The notes beneath the pieces are model-generated. The model had not been told where the DNA came from and ran no database searches. It worked only from the letters and a program-made list of their open reading frames with translations. Source: Candidatus Saccharimonas aalborgensis (GTDB lineage: Bacteria > Patescibacteriota > Saccharimonadia > Saccharimonadales > Saccharimonadaceae). Taken from it: a stretch of DNA of 32,000 bases. A program made the position numbers and the translations under genes. Of the stretch, positions 1 to 10,335 are shown one piece after another; positions within the stretch are counted from its first letter, which is position 1, and the number at the start of each line of letters is the position of its first letter. The stretch lies in contig NC_021219.1 of NCBI RefSeq assembly GCF_000392435.1, positions 270,001 to 302,000 on the forward strand, in the 5' to 3' direction.

Positions 1-213
1 TGTTCCGGTCAGGCGTGGTGCACCCTCGATACGTCCCTCATCAATATCTCTAGGATCAACAACACGCTCATGCGCAGCAGCGGCGCGCAGAGCTAGCTCA
101 GTCAAGACCCCTACAGGAGGGAATTCAGCAGTTCGTGAGTCAGGGGGTTGGTCATGAGAAAATGGAGCCGTCCCGTCTGGAAAGGCTTCGTCTCTTGGTG
201 TATACGGTGTCAT
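1..213 (-). CDS. Hypothetical protein, N-terminal part only (continues left of the window); reads MTPYTPRDEAFPDGTAPFSHDQPPDSRTAEFPPVGVLTELALRAAAAHERVVDPRDIDEG...
   Basis: Manual translation of the minus strand gives an uninterrupted frame from an ATG (complement of 211-213) to the window edge, directly downstream of tatD. Confidence 0.45.
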   Translation of the reverse strand, partial: MTPYTPRDEAFPDGTAPFSHDQPPDSRTAEFPPVGVLTELALRAAAAHERVVDPRDIDEGRIEGAPRLTGT

Positions 214-221
214 TACATCTG

Positions 222-983
222 TCATGTCATTTTCCCAAACACTCTCTCGGCGTTGTCAGTAGTTGCCTGCTCGACATCCTCGACGCGTACTCCTTTGAGG
301 GCGGCTTGGTGTCTAGCAACCAGACCAACATACGCTGGTAAGTTCATTTTACCACGGAAAGGCTTTGGTGTCAAGAACGGAGCATCTGTCTCAAGGACTA
401 TTTTTTCGAGCGGCACCTCAGTATAGAGACGCTGTTGACTCTCTTCCTTTGTAAACGTACTGATGCCATTTATACCGACAAGCAGTCCCCGTTTTAGCCC
501 TTGCTCAAGGTTGTGCTGCGTATCAGTAAAACTGTGCATAATACCTCTGATGCCGCTAAAGGAATCAAAAATAGGCCAGAAGTCATCGTAGGCATCTCGC
601 ACATGAAAACTGACTGGCAAGTTAAACTCCTGTGCTAAGGCCAATTGATCATGCAGTAGCTGTCGCTGCACGTCACGCGGGCTGTGTTCATAAAAATAAT
701 CAAGGCCGATCTCTCCAATAGCGACAATTTTTTTATGACCCTCTTCAAGAAGCTGGCGAATACCGGCAACGTCCTCATCTTTACCATCGTGAGGATGAAT
801 CCCGACAGCCGCATAACAGCCCTCATGTGTCTCGGCAAACGCGACTGCTTCCCGAGAACTACGCACGGTTGTCCCAATACAAAGCATCACAACACCAGCA
901 TCACGTGATTGCCGATAAACATCCTCTCTATTCTCTGGGTAGAACTCACTGTCGTGAATATGACAATGGGTATCGATCACCAT
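222..983 (-). CDS. tatD: TatD-family metal-dependent DNase/hydrolase
   Basis: 253 aa; MVIDTHCHIHD start, AVGIHPHD, AIGEIGLDYF and LETDAPFLTP motifs typical of TatD. Confidence 0.93.
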   Translation of the reverse strand: MVIDTHCHIHDSEFYPENREDVYRQSRDAGVVMLCIGTTVRSSREAVAFAETHEGCYAAVGIHPHDGKDEDVAGIRQLLEEGHKKIVAIGEIGLDYFYEHSPRDVQRQLLHDQLALAQEFNLPVSFHVRDAYDDFWPIFDSFSGIRGIMHSFTDTQHNLEQGLKRGLLVGINGISTFTKEESQQRLYTEVPLEKIVLETDAPFLTPKPFRGKMNLPAYVGLVARHQAALKGVRVEDVEQATTDNAERVFGKMT

Positions 984-2479
984 TAGTTTGCCTTTGGTGC
1001 GCGGGGATCGGGGGTATGGAGATATAATTTGGGGAAAAGTGGCGAGGCTTGCTCAGATGGTACGACTCCTGATTCAAACAGATTTCGAATCGCATCAGCG
1101 GTAGCGGGCATGAAGGGCGTGAGCAAGTCGGCAATTTGTAGCAACGTACTCACGGCGTGTGCCAAAACTTCCTCTAGGTGACCAGCAGCCTCCGCATCCT
1201 TCTCGCGCTGCTTTGCAATTTCCCAGGGTTTGACGTGCTCAAGATATTGATTGAGTGAGCGCACCATCACCCATGTTTCATCAAATGCTTTGTTGAACTC
1301 GAGATCTTCGACAGCTTTGCGATAAGGTCCCATGTCGTGCTCAGCCCTCGGCGCATCCCCGATCACGCCTGCCTGGTATCGCGTAATCATCGCCGCAACG
1401 CGCTGAACCAAGTTACCAAGATCATTGCCCAACTCGGTGTTGTAGGCTGTCTCAAACTTTTCCCACGTAAAGTCACCGTCTTCTTGGGTCGGAATATGCC
1501 TCATAAAGTAATAGCGAAACGCATCAGTACCATACTGGGTAATTACTTCTGTCGGACTGACACCGTTCCCCAGTGATTTGCTCATTTTTGTCCCACCAAC
1601 ATTAACAAAACCATGTACCAATAATACTTTTGGCAGTGATAGCTCAAGGCCCATCAGCATTGCCGGCCATATGCCAGCATGAAAACGCAGGATATCCTTG
1701 CCGATAACCTGTAGATCGGCCGGCCAATACTCTTGCCACGCGGGATTATCTGGATAACCAAGCACCGTGATGTAATTTGACAGCGCGTCGAGCCACACAT
1801 ACATTACCTGTGTATCATCTCCGGGAACACTGACACCCCAGCTAAGATTTTTGCGCGGGCGAGATACCGAAACGTCCTGGAGACCATCTTTTATGAGTTC
1901 CAGGAACTCGTTTTTGCGGAACTCTGGTACGATCTTCATGCGCCCGGTTTCGATGACTTCTCGAATCTTGTCGGAGAATGCACCTGTCTTGAAATAGTAG
2001 TTTTCTTCACTAAGACGCTGATAGGGCGCCTGATGATCGGGGCAAGAGCCATTGTTTTCGGTTGCTTCTTTGTCGGTCACAAAGTTCTCACACCCCTGGC
2101 AATACCATCCCTCATACACGCCTTTATAGAGATAGCCCTTTTGCATCAGTTGTTGCCAGATGTACTGAACTGCCCCCTTATGATGACCGTCAGTGGTACG
2201 AATAAAATCAGTGTACTCAACATTAAGCGCCTTCATGAGTGATGCAAAATTGCCATACATGCTATCAACATAGGCTTGCGGCTCCATGTTATTTTCGGCC
2301 GCTTTGGCAGCGATTTTATTGCCGTGTTCATCTGTCCCTACCTGAAAACGAACGTCACGACCGTTCTGGCGCTGATAGCGAGCCCAGGAGTCTGCCAGTG
2401 AATAATCAAGCGCATGCCCAATATGGGGTGTTCCGTTGACATAGGGTATTGCTGTACAGACGTAGAGTTTTTTTGCCAT
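983..2479 (-). CDS. metG: Methionyl-tRNA synthetase
   Basis: 498 aa; class I HIGH-type motif (PHIGHALDY), Zn-knuckle-like CxxC region, KMSKSLG motif. Confidence 0.96.
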   Translation of the reverse strand: MAKKLYVCTAIPYVNGTPHIGHALDYSLADSWARYQRQNGRDVRFQVGTDEHGNKIAAKAAENNMEPQAYVDSMYGNFASLMKALNVEYTDFIRTTDGHHKGAVQYIWQQLMQKGYLYKGVYEGWYCQGCENFVTDKEATENNGSCPDHQAPYQRLSEENYYFKTGAFSDKIREVIETGRMKIVPEFRKNEFLELIKDGLQDVSVSRPRKNLSWGVSVPGDDTQVMYVWLDALSNYITVLGYPDNPAWQEYWPADLQVIGKDILRFHAGIWPAMLMGLELSLPKVLLVHGFVNVGGTKMSKSLGNGVSPTEVITQYGTDAFRYYFMRHIPTQEDGDFTWEKFETAYNTELGNDLGNLVQRVAAMITRYQAGVIGDAPRAEHDMGPYRKAVEDLEFNKAFDETWVMVRSLNQYLEHVKPWEIAKQREKDAEAAGHLEEVLAHAVSTLLQIADLLTPFMPATADAIRNLFESGVVPSEQASPLFPKLYLHTPDPRAPKAN

Positions 2480-2556
2480 TGCCTTTCATTATACCAGAGG
2501 TGCGTTGTTACTTTCTTTTTTTGGGTGTGGTGCTCGAGGCAATTGACGTTTATACT

Positions 2557-3087
2557 ATGGATATGGCAAAAACCAAAAGCGGTTTTACGATTATTGAGCT
2601 GGTCATCGTCATTGTGATCATCGGTATTCTTGCTACTATCACCCTCGTTGCTTACAACGGTACTCAGGGGCGTGGCCGTGACGCAAAACGACGCACCGAT
2701 ATCAACAATATGGTCAAAGCACTCGAACTTTACTATGCAGATAACGGCACGTATCCTGTTCCTTCTGGCTCACCATCGCCGCTCGGATCTTCGTGGTACG
2801 CGTCAAGCGATAGTACTTGGAATACGTTTAAAACAACATTGACGACCATAGACAACTTGCCGAGTGACCCACGAAACGCTGGCTCACCACTCGCTGCCGG
2901 AGGATATGCATACGCATATTATTCGGGAAGTAACTGCGGCCATACCGCTGGTCAATGGTACCTGATCGTCTACCGCTATGAGGTGCAGACGAAAGAAAAA
3001 TACAGTGGTGAGGGCACGTGTCCCTCGGGCGAATTAGGTGATACCTACTACGCAGGTGGCGCAAGCTACTACCGAGTGTTGCGTTAG
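2557..3087 (+). CDS. Type IV pilin / pseudopilin-like protein
   Basis: Prepilin N-terminus KSGFTIIELVIVIVIIGILATI; start chosen at MDMAKTKSG, not the upstream TTG in the ORF track. Confidence 0.88.
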   Translation: MDMAKTKSGFTIIELVIVIVIIGILATITLVAYNGTQGRGRDAKRRTDINNMVKALELYYADNGTYPVPSGSPSPLGSSWYASSDSTWNTFKTTLTTIDNLPSDPRNAGSPLAAGGYAYAYYSGSNCGHTAGQWYLIVYRYEVQTKEKYSGEGTCPSGELGDTYYAGGASYYRVLR

Positions 3088-3809
3088 TGAAGCACCGCAA
3101 CAACCGCAAAGCGACCTGATGTATCGCCGCTGCTGTGCGAAAAATAGTTTCGATCAGTAGCCGTATTGACGGGTGATTCATAGATGTGACTTTCCTGAAC
3201 ACCCGCCTCAATTGCTCGCGCCCGGTTATATCCTTGCAAATCAAGATAGATGCCATCGGCCGTTTCATTAACAAACGGCCGCCATTCTGGGGCATCCTTG
3301 TACACAAAGTAGTCTAGCCAATAGTCGGAACGCTTGACGCTTGGTGCCATCCAGATTAATAGATTACGAACATCGCTTCCCTGTTTCTCAAAATAGCGAA
3401 TTGTTTTTTGTAGTGTATTTGCGATCGAGGCATGACGACCAATATGAGCCACTGCTAGCGCACCCATCTGCGGATCGTAGATGACAGTGCCAATACAATC
3501 AGCTATCGGCAGAAATAGCCCCACTCCTTTTGACTGTGTGTAGAGGACGTCCGCGGATACACCCAGCGTATTCGGTGCATCAACCTGGCAAATAGTGTCA
3601 TACGTATTCTCATCATCATAGCTAATTATCTGATAGACACACTGCCGATAGTCGATATTGACTTCTTTGCAGAACATCTGACGGTTTGTGACAATATCAT
3701 TGGCGTGGCGATTGCCCTGTGTACGATCAAGCATTGTGCCATCCTGGCGCGATGAAACCGCTGCACAAACTTTCTCGGGAAAACAAGTTGGTTGATCCTG
3801 CGCGATCAT
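3084..3809 (-). CDS. YfiH/PgeF-like laccase-domain protein (polyphenol oxidase / peptidoglycan-editing family)
   Basis: Internal ATG (MIAQDQPTCF); ADCIGTVIYDPQMGALAVAHIGRHA resembles the family core (ADC.P.......AHAGW). Upstream 76 aa of the ORF overlaps the next gene and is not supported. Confidence 0.7.
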   Translation of the reverse strand: MIAQDQPTCFPEKVCAAVSSRQDGTMLDRTQGNRHANDIVTNRQMFCKEVNIDYRQCVYQIISYDDENTYDTICQVDAPNTLGVSADVLYTQSKGVGLFLPIADCIGTVIYDPQMGALAVAHIGRHASIANTLQKTIRYFEKQGSDVRNLLIWMAPSVKRSDYWLDYFVYKDAPEWRPFVNETADGIYLDLQGYNRARAIEAGVQESHIYESPVNTATDRNYFSHSSGDTSGRFAVVAVLH

Positions 3810-4186
3810 TTCTTTTTTACAACTCCTCTTTTTGATAGAAAATCGTAACTGTATGGCCATATGATGTAGATGACATAGAAATAATACACGGCGAGCATAA
3901 AGATATATAACAGCTGCCACCACCACTTGTTTTGTACCCAATATTCTGAAGGGAAAGAAAATGAGAGGAGTAGGACGGTAATAGCCATAGCAATGATCAA
4001 CCCATATGCCCAACCTAAAACCAAGATGTTGAACCACATCACAGCCTTCCGATCGTCGAACTCATATCTGGTATGAAGATGGGCGCGGTACTTTTTGAAC
4101 CAGATATTGCGATTCATACTCATAAATGACCCGAAGAACTCATTTGAATTCGCAAGCAATTCCTTGTAGTTCATTGTCTGTGTCAT
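3806..4186 (-). CDS. Small membrane protein, unknown function
   Basis: 126 aa with two hydrophobic helices; start/stop overlap with the neighbouring genes. Confidence 0.65.
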   Translation of the reverse strand: MTQTMNYKELLANSNEFFGSFMSMNRNIWFKKYRAHLHTRYEFDDRKAVMWFNILVLGWAYGLIIAMAITVLLLSFSFPSEYWVQNKWWWQLLYIFMLAVYYFYVIYIIWPYSYDFLSKRGVVKKK

Positions 4187-4950
4187 ACGCTATTCTTTGT
4201 TAGGCGAAGCCATTCTTCTATACTCAAATCTTGCGCGCGATTATTCGCATCAATCCCCGTCCGCTCCAAGAGCTTCTCGGCCTCAGGCGTAGAAATCGCA
4301 AGACCTGCGGCTATCGAATTACGAAGTTTTTTACGTTTTTCTCGAAACCCAGCTTTTACGATACGAAAGAATCTCTTTTGATCCTCTGCCTCAACGCGCG
4401 GCTGCTTCAGTGTCTCGAGGATCACAACCTGAGAATCAACTTTCGGTTCAGGGAAAAACAGTTCTCTTCTCACCACCTTACCAAGAGAAACATCGGCAAA
4501 CACCTGCGTTGCAACCGCAAGCACGCTCATATCGCCAGGTTTTGCCGCCAAACGGCACGCTACTTCTTTTTGAACCAACAATACCGCGAGCGAGGGTCTA
4601 TTAGGAGCGGTCATCAACTTTTCAACAATGCTGCTCGTAATATAGTAAGGGACATTTGCGACCACTTTGTAGCCTTTCGGAAGCTGGTTCAGATCAAATT
4701 GTAGGATGTCTTGGTGGATAACGGTGAGGTTTTTGCCAGGAAACTGCCCTGGCAGTTTGCGGGCTAGCTCGCTATCATATTCAACCGCAATCACCGCTTT
4801 TGCCCGCTTCAACAGTTCACTCGTTAATGTACCGAGACCAGGCCCAATCTCAAGAATGGTATCCTGCTCTGTTATGGCCGCTTCTTCAGCAATCAAGGAG
4901 AGTACCTGACGATCCTGGAGCCAGTGTTGTCCAAGAGATTTGTTAGGCAT
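4183..4950 (-). CDS. rsmA: 16S rRNA dimethyladenosine transferase RsmA/KsgA
   Basis: Starts MPNKSLGQHWL; DTILEIGPGLGTLTSELL SAM-binding motif; VVANVPYYITSSI (NxPY). Confidence 0.93.
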   Translation of the reverse strand: MPNKSLGQHWLQDRQVLSLIAEEAAITEQDTILEIGPGLGTLTSELLKRAKAVIAVEYDSELARKLPGQFPGKNLTVIHQDILQFDLNQLPKGYKVVANVPYYITSSIVEKLMTAPNRPSLAVLLVQKEVACRLAAKPGDMSVLAVATQVFADVSLGKVVRRELFFPEPKVDSQVVILETLKQPRVEAEDQKRFFRIVKAGFREKRKKLRNSIAAGLAISTPEAEKLLERTGIDANNRAQDLSIEEWLRLTKNSV

Positions 4951-6236
4951 TAGTGACTCGCGAGAATATTGTAAGCAAATTGAATCCGACGATCTTCGAC
5001 ACAAATGCCACAGCGCTCGTATTGATTTTGGAACGTGATGGTTGCGCCCTCGACCGTGGTCTGAGCGCGAATGGCATTCAGCACCTTCGCGTATGGTTCA
5101 CTCAATTCGTACCAGAGGTAGTCAAGTTGTGACTGAATTGTCATATAGCTATCGGGAAACATTGATCGAAGCCGAGACTGCCGTGAGCCAGTCCATTGAG
5201 CCAAGCCATCTCCGCTGGTCTGAAATCCGTGCTCCTGCATGAGATTGCCCATGATACCTGCGGTTTGCTCTCGAGTTAATCCCTTGCCCACCAGAAACTC
5301 CCACGTGATCTGTTCATTCTCACTTGGCGTAGTATACATTCCTTTGACGCCAATCACTTCGACTTGTTGAATAGGTTGCTTAGTGATAGTACTATTTATC
5401 TCTTTTCGAGCGACTTCGACTCCATTTTTTGTGCTAATTTCGTAGCTCACCGTACGCCGTCCAGGTTCGCCCTTTGTTTGGACTTCTTTGTATCCCCGTT
5501 CGTGATTGGCATCTCTGATTTGTTTGGTATCAAATGCAACATCCTCGTCAACCGTCACCGTCTGGGTGCCATCACGCCAAACTTTCACTGTCATACCGGT
5601 GGAGAGTGGCGTGTTTAAGCTAGGCGAGACACCATCTTTTTCGGTCAAAGTAATGCGCTTTTCGGTCAGCATAGCGGCGACCGTTGACGCCTGTGAATAG
5701 GCTGTTTCGGTTTTTCCATAAAACACAAAGGTGAAGGCTTTGGCACGCGTAATAGTCATCACTTCGGCAGTCCCATCAGTCATAACATTCTTCGATGCCG
5801 CCAACGAAACAGTATCTTCATCATGCAGTTGAATCGCTGCCTCTTTCGCTATCTGACGGGCAGTACGATACGCCGACACGACGCGTGTCTCCGTAGAACC
5901 GTCTCTAATAATAACCGGGCGAGCTCGATAGATATTTGCTTCGTACGAATTTGCAACAAGCTGTTCATCAAGCCGCGGCTCGGTTCGATCGCGTTGATCA
6001 ACGCTGATACCAGCCTCTTTGAGAGCGTCTCGCAACGTTGTTGCTTTGGTGTAAAAGCCTTTTGTCTTGCCATCGTCATGAACCGTTATCACCCTTTCGC
6101 CAGAACCTGACAGCGAAGATGCAGCGTGAGCAGTTTTGAGCGCCAAAATAAGTCCAACAAAAATCGTCAACAGAGAGGCAATTGCCAAGAGAAGGATACG
6201 ATGAGAGCGTGGTGTAGTAGTCAAAATTTGCTTCAT
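4950..6236 (-). CDS. Secreted cell-wall-active protein with DUF348-like repeats, a G5-like domain and a C-terminal phage-tail-lysozyme-like domain
   Basis: 428 aa; N-terminal signal/TM; ITVHDDGKTKGFYTKATTLRDALKEAGI type repeats; G5-like segment (KGEPGRRTVSYEI); GIMGNLMQEHGFQTSGDGLAQWTGSRQSRL resembles tail-lysozyme family. Confidence 0.8.
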   Translation of the reverse strand: MKQILTTTPRSHRILLLAIASLLTIFVGLILALKTAHAASSLSGSGERVITVHDDGKTKGFYTKATTLRDALKEAGISVDQRDRTEPRLDEQLVANSYEANIYRARPVIIRDGSTETRVVSAYRTARQIAKEAAIQLHDEDTVSLAASKNVMTDGTAEVMTITRAKAFTFVFYGKTETAYSQASTVAAMLTEKRITLTEKDGVSPSLNTPLSTGMTVKVWRDGTQTVTVDEDVAFDTKQIRDANHERGYKEVQTKGEPGRRTVSYEISTKNGVEVARKEINSTITKQPIQQVEVIGVKGMYTTPSENEQITWEFLVGKGLTREQTAGIMGNLMQEHGFQTSGDGLAQWTGSRQSRLRSMFPDSYMTIQSQLDYLWYELSEPYAKVLNAIRAQTTVEGATITFQNQYERCGICVEDRRIQFAYNILASH

Positions 6237-6305
6237 AAATCCCGAACTCGCCTCACGAGCGCGTACCTCTCATTGTATCAAATCATTACCGCAAAGACTA
6301 GGCCG

Positions 6306-8408
6306 TTAGCATTTTTCGAGGCGCGCGTACTCGACATTTAGTTTTTTTGTCTGGCCGCTATCGAACGAAACGGTCACTGCGAGCCCATCAATATCAATGA
6401 TTTCCCCCTGACCAAACTGTGGCGATCGCACTCTATCCCCAATATCAAGCGAAAAAGAAAACTCGTCGAATTCGTTCGTCATTGATCGTTGATAGGGAGA
6501 TACACTGGCGGCCACATATCCCATATCCTCTAAAAAACGTGATGGAGTGGTGTAGGATCGTTGTCCAAACTGAAGACGGCTTCCGGCATAGAGCAGATAG
6601 AGCTCCTCTCGGGCACGTGTCATGCCGACATAACATAACCGACGCTCTTCCTCGAGCTGACGCGGCCCCTCCTCGAGTGCTCGCATACTGGGAAACAGCC
6701 CTTCCTCCATGCCCACTATAAAAACAACGGGAAACTCGAGTCCTTTTGCAGCATGAAGTGTCATGAGCGTCACGACAGACTCGGTGCTACCTACATCGGC
6801 ACTCGACATCAGCGCGACTTCCTCTAAAAAGTCGTCGAGCGATGCATACGATTTCGCATCAGATATCAATACACCCAGGTTTGCCTCTCGCTCCTCGGCT
6901 TGTGGTGATCCATCAAGTAGCATGTCTCGATAACCAGTCGCAGACAACAGCTCCTCTATCAGCTCGCTAGGACCAACACCTAACTCACTTTTTACCTGCA
7001 CGCGCCGCAATAATTCTCCCAGTCCGCTCAGCGCCTGTCGCGCTCTGGAGGTCAGGGTTGCTGTCTGCTCAGCATTGACAAGTGCTGAGAGAATGTCCAT
7101 GCCCGACTGGCTCTGCCATACAAGAAACTTTTCCAGACTAGTTGCACCAATTCCTCTTGTGGGCACATTGACAATGCGGCTAAAGCTCATACGATCGTTT
7201 GGTTGGTAAAGTAGACGCAGATATGCCACGATATCTTTTATTTCTTTACGGTCATAAAACCTCACGCCACCAACCAGTTGATAGGGTATCCGCTGCTGCA
7301 CGAGCGCACGTTCGAGGGCATAACTTTGTGCGTTAGTACGATAGAGTACAGCAAAATCACCGAACGATCTCGCACCAATTGCAGTCTGTGCGGCAATCCG
7401 CGTTGCTACCACGCCCGCCTCTTCTGTTTCATCATAAACACCCTGCACCTGGACAGGAGCGCCTGCACCAGCGGTGGTCCACAGCTTCTTCTCTGTACGT
7501 TCAATGTTCTTTGAAATCACGTTATGCGCTGCTTCGAGAATAGCGCCAGTCGATCGGTAATTCTGTTCGAGCTTGATAACTGCGGCGCCTGGAAAATCTC
7601 TCTCAAATCCCAATATATTTTTGAAATCAGCACCGCGCCAACTATAGATTGACTGCCAATCATCACCAACAACACAGATATTCTTTTCTGGCCCGATAAG
7701 TGCCTTCATGATTGCGTACTGTGCTGCATTTGTATCTTGATATTCATCGATGAGAATATGACGAAATTGTGCTTGGTAGTGGTTGCGAGTCTTGGGCGAA
7801 TCACGAAATAGTCGTACTGTTTCGAGTAGCAGATCATCGAAATCCACCGCACCCGCCTCCTTGCGTCGCTGTTCGTAGCGTGCGTACAACTTGGCGACCG
7901 ATTTCTGGAAAGGGAACTGTGCAACATCGGCGTATTCTTCTGGACCCACCATTTCATTTTTTGCACTTGATATCGCCGCACTAACGGCTCGTGGCTTTAC
8001 CATATCGGCGCTGAGCGACAGTTCTTTCATCGCCTGTTTGATAAGACCCTGACGATCATCGTCGTCGTAGATCACAAAGTTACTTGCGATACCAATCTCG
8101 CTGCCATGCTGCCGCAAAATCCTTACGCAAACTGCATGAAATGTGCCCATCCAGGGCATAAAAGAGCGTGTTATCTGCTGGTCTAACAGCTTTGCCAGGC
8201 GTTCTCGCATCTCTTTGGCAGCCTTATTAGTGAATGTGACGGCGAGTATCTGATTTGGCCAGATACTCTCATGGGCAAGAAGATAGGCGATACGATGCGT
8301 GAGCGTCTTTGTCTTGCCGCTTCCCGCTCCTGCAAGAAGCAATAGCGGACCGCTCGTGGTTGTCACAGCAGTTTTTTGCGCATCATTAAGTCCGTCGAGG
8401 ATATCCAT
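6306..8408 (-). CDS. pcrA: UvrD/PcrA-like superfamily 1 DNA helicase
   Basis: Walker A LLLAGAGSGKTKTLTHRIAYL; DEYQDTN; VVGDDWQSIYSWRGAD; YVGMTRAREELYLLYA. Start set at MDILDGLNDAQKTAV. Confidence 0.94.
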   Translation of the reverse strand: MDILDGLNDAQKTAVTTTSGPLLLLAGAGSGKTKTLTHRIAYLLAHESIWPNQILAVTFTNKAAKEMRERLAKLLDQQITRSFMPWMGTFHAVCVRILRQHGSEIGIASNFVIYDDDDRQGLIKQAMKELSLSADMVKPRAVSAAISSAKNEMVGPEEYADVAQFPFQKSVAKLYARYEQRRKEAGAVDFDDLLLETVRLFRDSPKTRNHYQAQFRHILIDEYQDTNAAQYAIMKALIGPEKNICVVGDDWQSIYSWRGADFKNILGFERDFPGAAVIKLEQNYRSTGAILEAAHNVISKNIERTEKKLWTTAGAGAPVQVQGVYDETEEAGVVATRIAAQTAIGARSFGDFAVLYRTNAQSYALERALVQQRIPYQLVGGVRFYDRKEIKDIVAYLRLLYQPNDRMSFSRIVNVPTRGIGATSLEKFLVWQSQSGMDILSALVNAEQTATLTSRARQALSGLGELLRRVQVKSELGVGPSELIEELLSATGYRDMLLDGSPQAEEREANLGVLISDAKSYASLDDFLEEVALMSSADVGSTESVVTLMTLHAAKGLEFPVVFIVGMEEGLFPSMRALEEGPRQLEEERRLCYVGMTRAREELYLLYAGSRLQFGQRSYTTPSRFLEDMGYVAASVSPYQRSMTNEFDEFSFSLDIGDRVRSPQFGQGEIIDIDGLAVTVSFDSGQTKKLNVEYARLEKC

Positions 8409-8430
8409 TTCCTCTATTATACGGACTTCG

Positions 8431-9510
8431 TTAGCGGGGAGCAAAATAAAAGTATGCAGCGGCAGCGGCAGCACCAATCAGAATGAGACTCAGCATCCAT
8501 ATCACAATTCCGAGTATAGACCGTTTCTTGGGCGTATGGTCGAGCGGCTGATGGTAAGTGTCGGTATCATAAATAGCACCAGTACTTGTCGCCGAGGTAC
8601 TGGGTTTTTCGGCGTATTGTTGCGCGATAGATCCCGTCTGCGTAGTATCGCTCGCCGCAGGAGTATCCATGACTGGCTCCGATGATGGAGAGATATCTCG
8701 CTCGATCTCGCTTTCAATTTCACTATGGGTACCACCAGTTGATTCAATCGCAAGCACTTCGGTACCCAGTTCGGCAGGCAATATAACCGGAGGAGCGCTA
8801 TCACCTTCAACCTCAGTGGAAACGGTAGAGATATCCTGTGAGCCAAGAGGTCGCTTCTCGACCTTCGCATCCGGCAAAAATGGTGAACTAAGCGGTTCAT
8901 CATCCACTGGCATATCTTGATGCTGGTCACTTGTATCGACAACAGGATCATTCTGCGTCGTGCTCTCCGCTTCCTCTATAGACGAGTCGGAGGTATGGTC
9001 GGTGGCTTCATCCTTACCTGTAAACTCCATCGGATCAGGATACCCCACTTCATCAGTACTATCAGTAGGAGTTTCTAGGAGGCTGTTGCCCGACTCAATA
9101 ACCGGTGGTTGCTCGTCATTTGGCTCCGCCTCGCTCGTTGTACCATTCTCGGTAGGAGCGGGAGAGGCCACCATATCTTCATGAGGCTGTGTGGGAGAAG
9201 GCTGAATGGTAATACCTTCCCTCTTTACGCCAGGAGTAGCGGCTTTCTTCATGTCCGAGGAAGGATGGATCATATCCATAAACTGTCCCCTTCGCTTGAT
9301 AGCAGGTGGGACGGTGCTAGCGCTAGCTGTAACACCCTGAACACTCTCCTCGGCTATCTGGGTAGACGGCGACGAAGTAGCTGGTGAGCTATCAAGCTTG
9401 ACAATTTTTTCCTCAGGATCATCAAGCCCGGAAGGGCGCTTGGTCGTATCAACATCCTGCATCAGATCATTGACAGCACGGTCGAGTTCATCAAAATCTA
9501 GCTCGGTCAT
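8431..9510 (-). CDS. Acidic, low-complexity protein with a C-terminal transmembrane helix
   Basis: 359 aa; Ser/Thr/Glu/Asp/Pro-rich; C-terminus SILGIVIWMLSLILIGAAAAAAYFYFAPR. Confidence 0.7.
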   Translation of the reverse strand: MTELDFDELDRAVNDLMQDVDTTKRPSGLDDPEEKIVKLDSSPATSSPSTQIAEESVQGVTASASTVPPAIKRRGQFMDMIHPSSDMKKAATPGVKREGITIQPSPTQPHEDMVASPAPTENGTTSEAEPNDEQPPVIESGNSLLETPTDSTDEVGYPDPMEFTGKDEATDHTSDSSIEEAESTTQNDPVVDTSDQHQDMPVDDEPLSSPFLPDAKVEKRPLGSQDISTVSTEVEGDSAPPVILPAELGTEVLAIESTGGTHSEIESEIERDISPSSEPVMDTPAASDTTQTGSIAQQYAEKPSTSATSTGAIYDTDTYHQPLDHTPKKRSILGIVIWMLSLILIGAAAAAAYFYFAPR

Positions 9511-10289
9511 CGTCGTTCCTTTATTCCTTTCAATTGATCATGGGTGTTGTTGATAATTGTTGAAAAAACATGTGCATCTAGGCTCGCACCGCCTATCAGG
9601 AGTCCGTCGATACCTTGGATACTCAGATAGCTTGCAGCAGTATCAAGCGTCACACTTCCGCCGTACAAAATGCGCACCGACTCCGCAACCTGTTCACCAA
9701 ACAGATGCTTAAGCTGGGTGCGAATCATCTTTGCTGCCGCGCGGACCTCCGTAGGAGAGGCGTTATTGCCAGTACCGATCGCCCACACTGGTTCGTACGC
9801 GATGACAAGTTCGGCAGCTTCTTCACTAGTAATGTTGGCAAGCCCTCCCGTTACTTGATCATGTAGAACATCTCTCGTCTCTCCGGCTACCCGCTCGCTT
9901 ACCGTCTCACCTACACAGAGCACTGGTACGATTCCATTGCGATAGGCGGCTTGAACCTTATGCCGAGTATCTTTGTCATGCTCGTTGAATATGTGGCGGC
10001 GTTCCGAATGACCAACCAACGCATACTGTACGAGACCGCGCAGCTGATGGGCCGATACTTCGCCTGTGAAAGCTCCTTCGTCGCGCCAATAAAAGTTTTG
10101 AGCGGCAAGTTTGAATTGTCGGTAATTTATCTGCAACGAAACTGGCTGAAGAGCCAAATGACTCGGCGCCAAGACTACCTCGACACCTTGGTGTATCTTT
10201 ACAAGATCGGCCAACTTATGCACATACAAACTCGCCTCATGGATGGTGAGGTTCATCTTCCAGTTACCGATGATAAGTTTTTTGCCCAC
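9507..10289 (-). CDS. tpiA: Triosephosphate isomerase
   Basis: 260 aa; IIGNWKMN, VGHSERR, AYEPVWAIGTG, RILYGGSV, GLLIGGASL. Confidence 0.96.
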   Translation of the reverse strand: MGKKLIIGNWKMNLTIHEASLYVHKLADLVKIHQGVEVVLAPSHLALQPVSLQINYRQFKLAAQNFYWRDEGAFTGEVSAHQLRGLVQYALVGHSERRHIFNEHDKDTRHKVQAAYRNGIVPVLCVGETVSERVAGETRDVLHDQVTGGLANITSEEAAELVIAYEPVWAIGTGNNASPTEVRAAAKMIRTQLKHLFGEQVAESVRILYGGSVTLDTAASYLSIQGIDGLLIGGASLDAHVFSTIINNTHDQLKGIKERR

Positions 10290-10335
10290 AGATGATATTG
10301 CTTATGTTCTTTTCTACAGTGTACGCTATTTATGC

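Noticed and set aside
7278-7514. Numerous 60-130-aa ORFs antisense to pcrA, pgk, pyk, tpiA, metG and others
   Set aside because: Overlap strongly supported genes on the opposite strand, lack ribosome-binding sites, and have Cys/Arg/Ser-rich random-looking translations.
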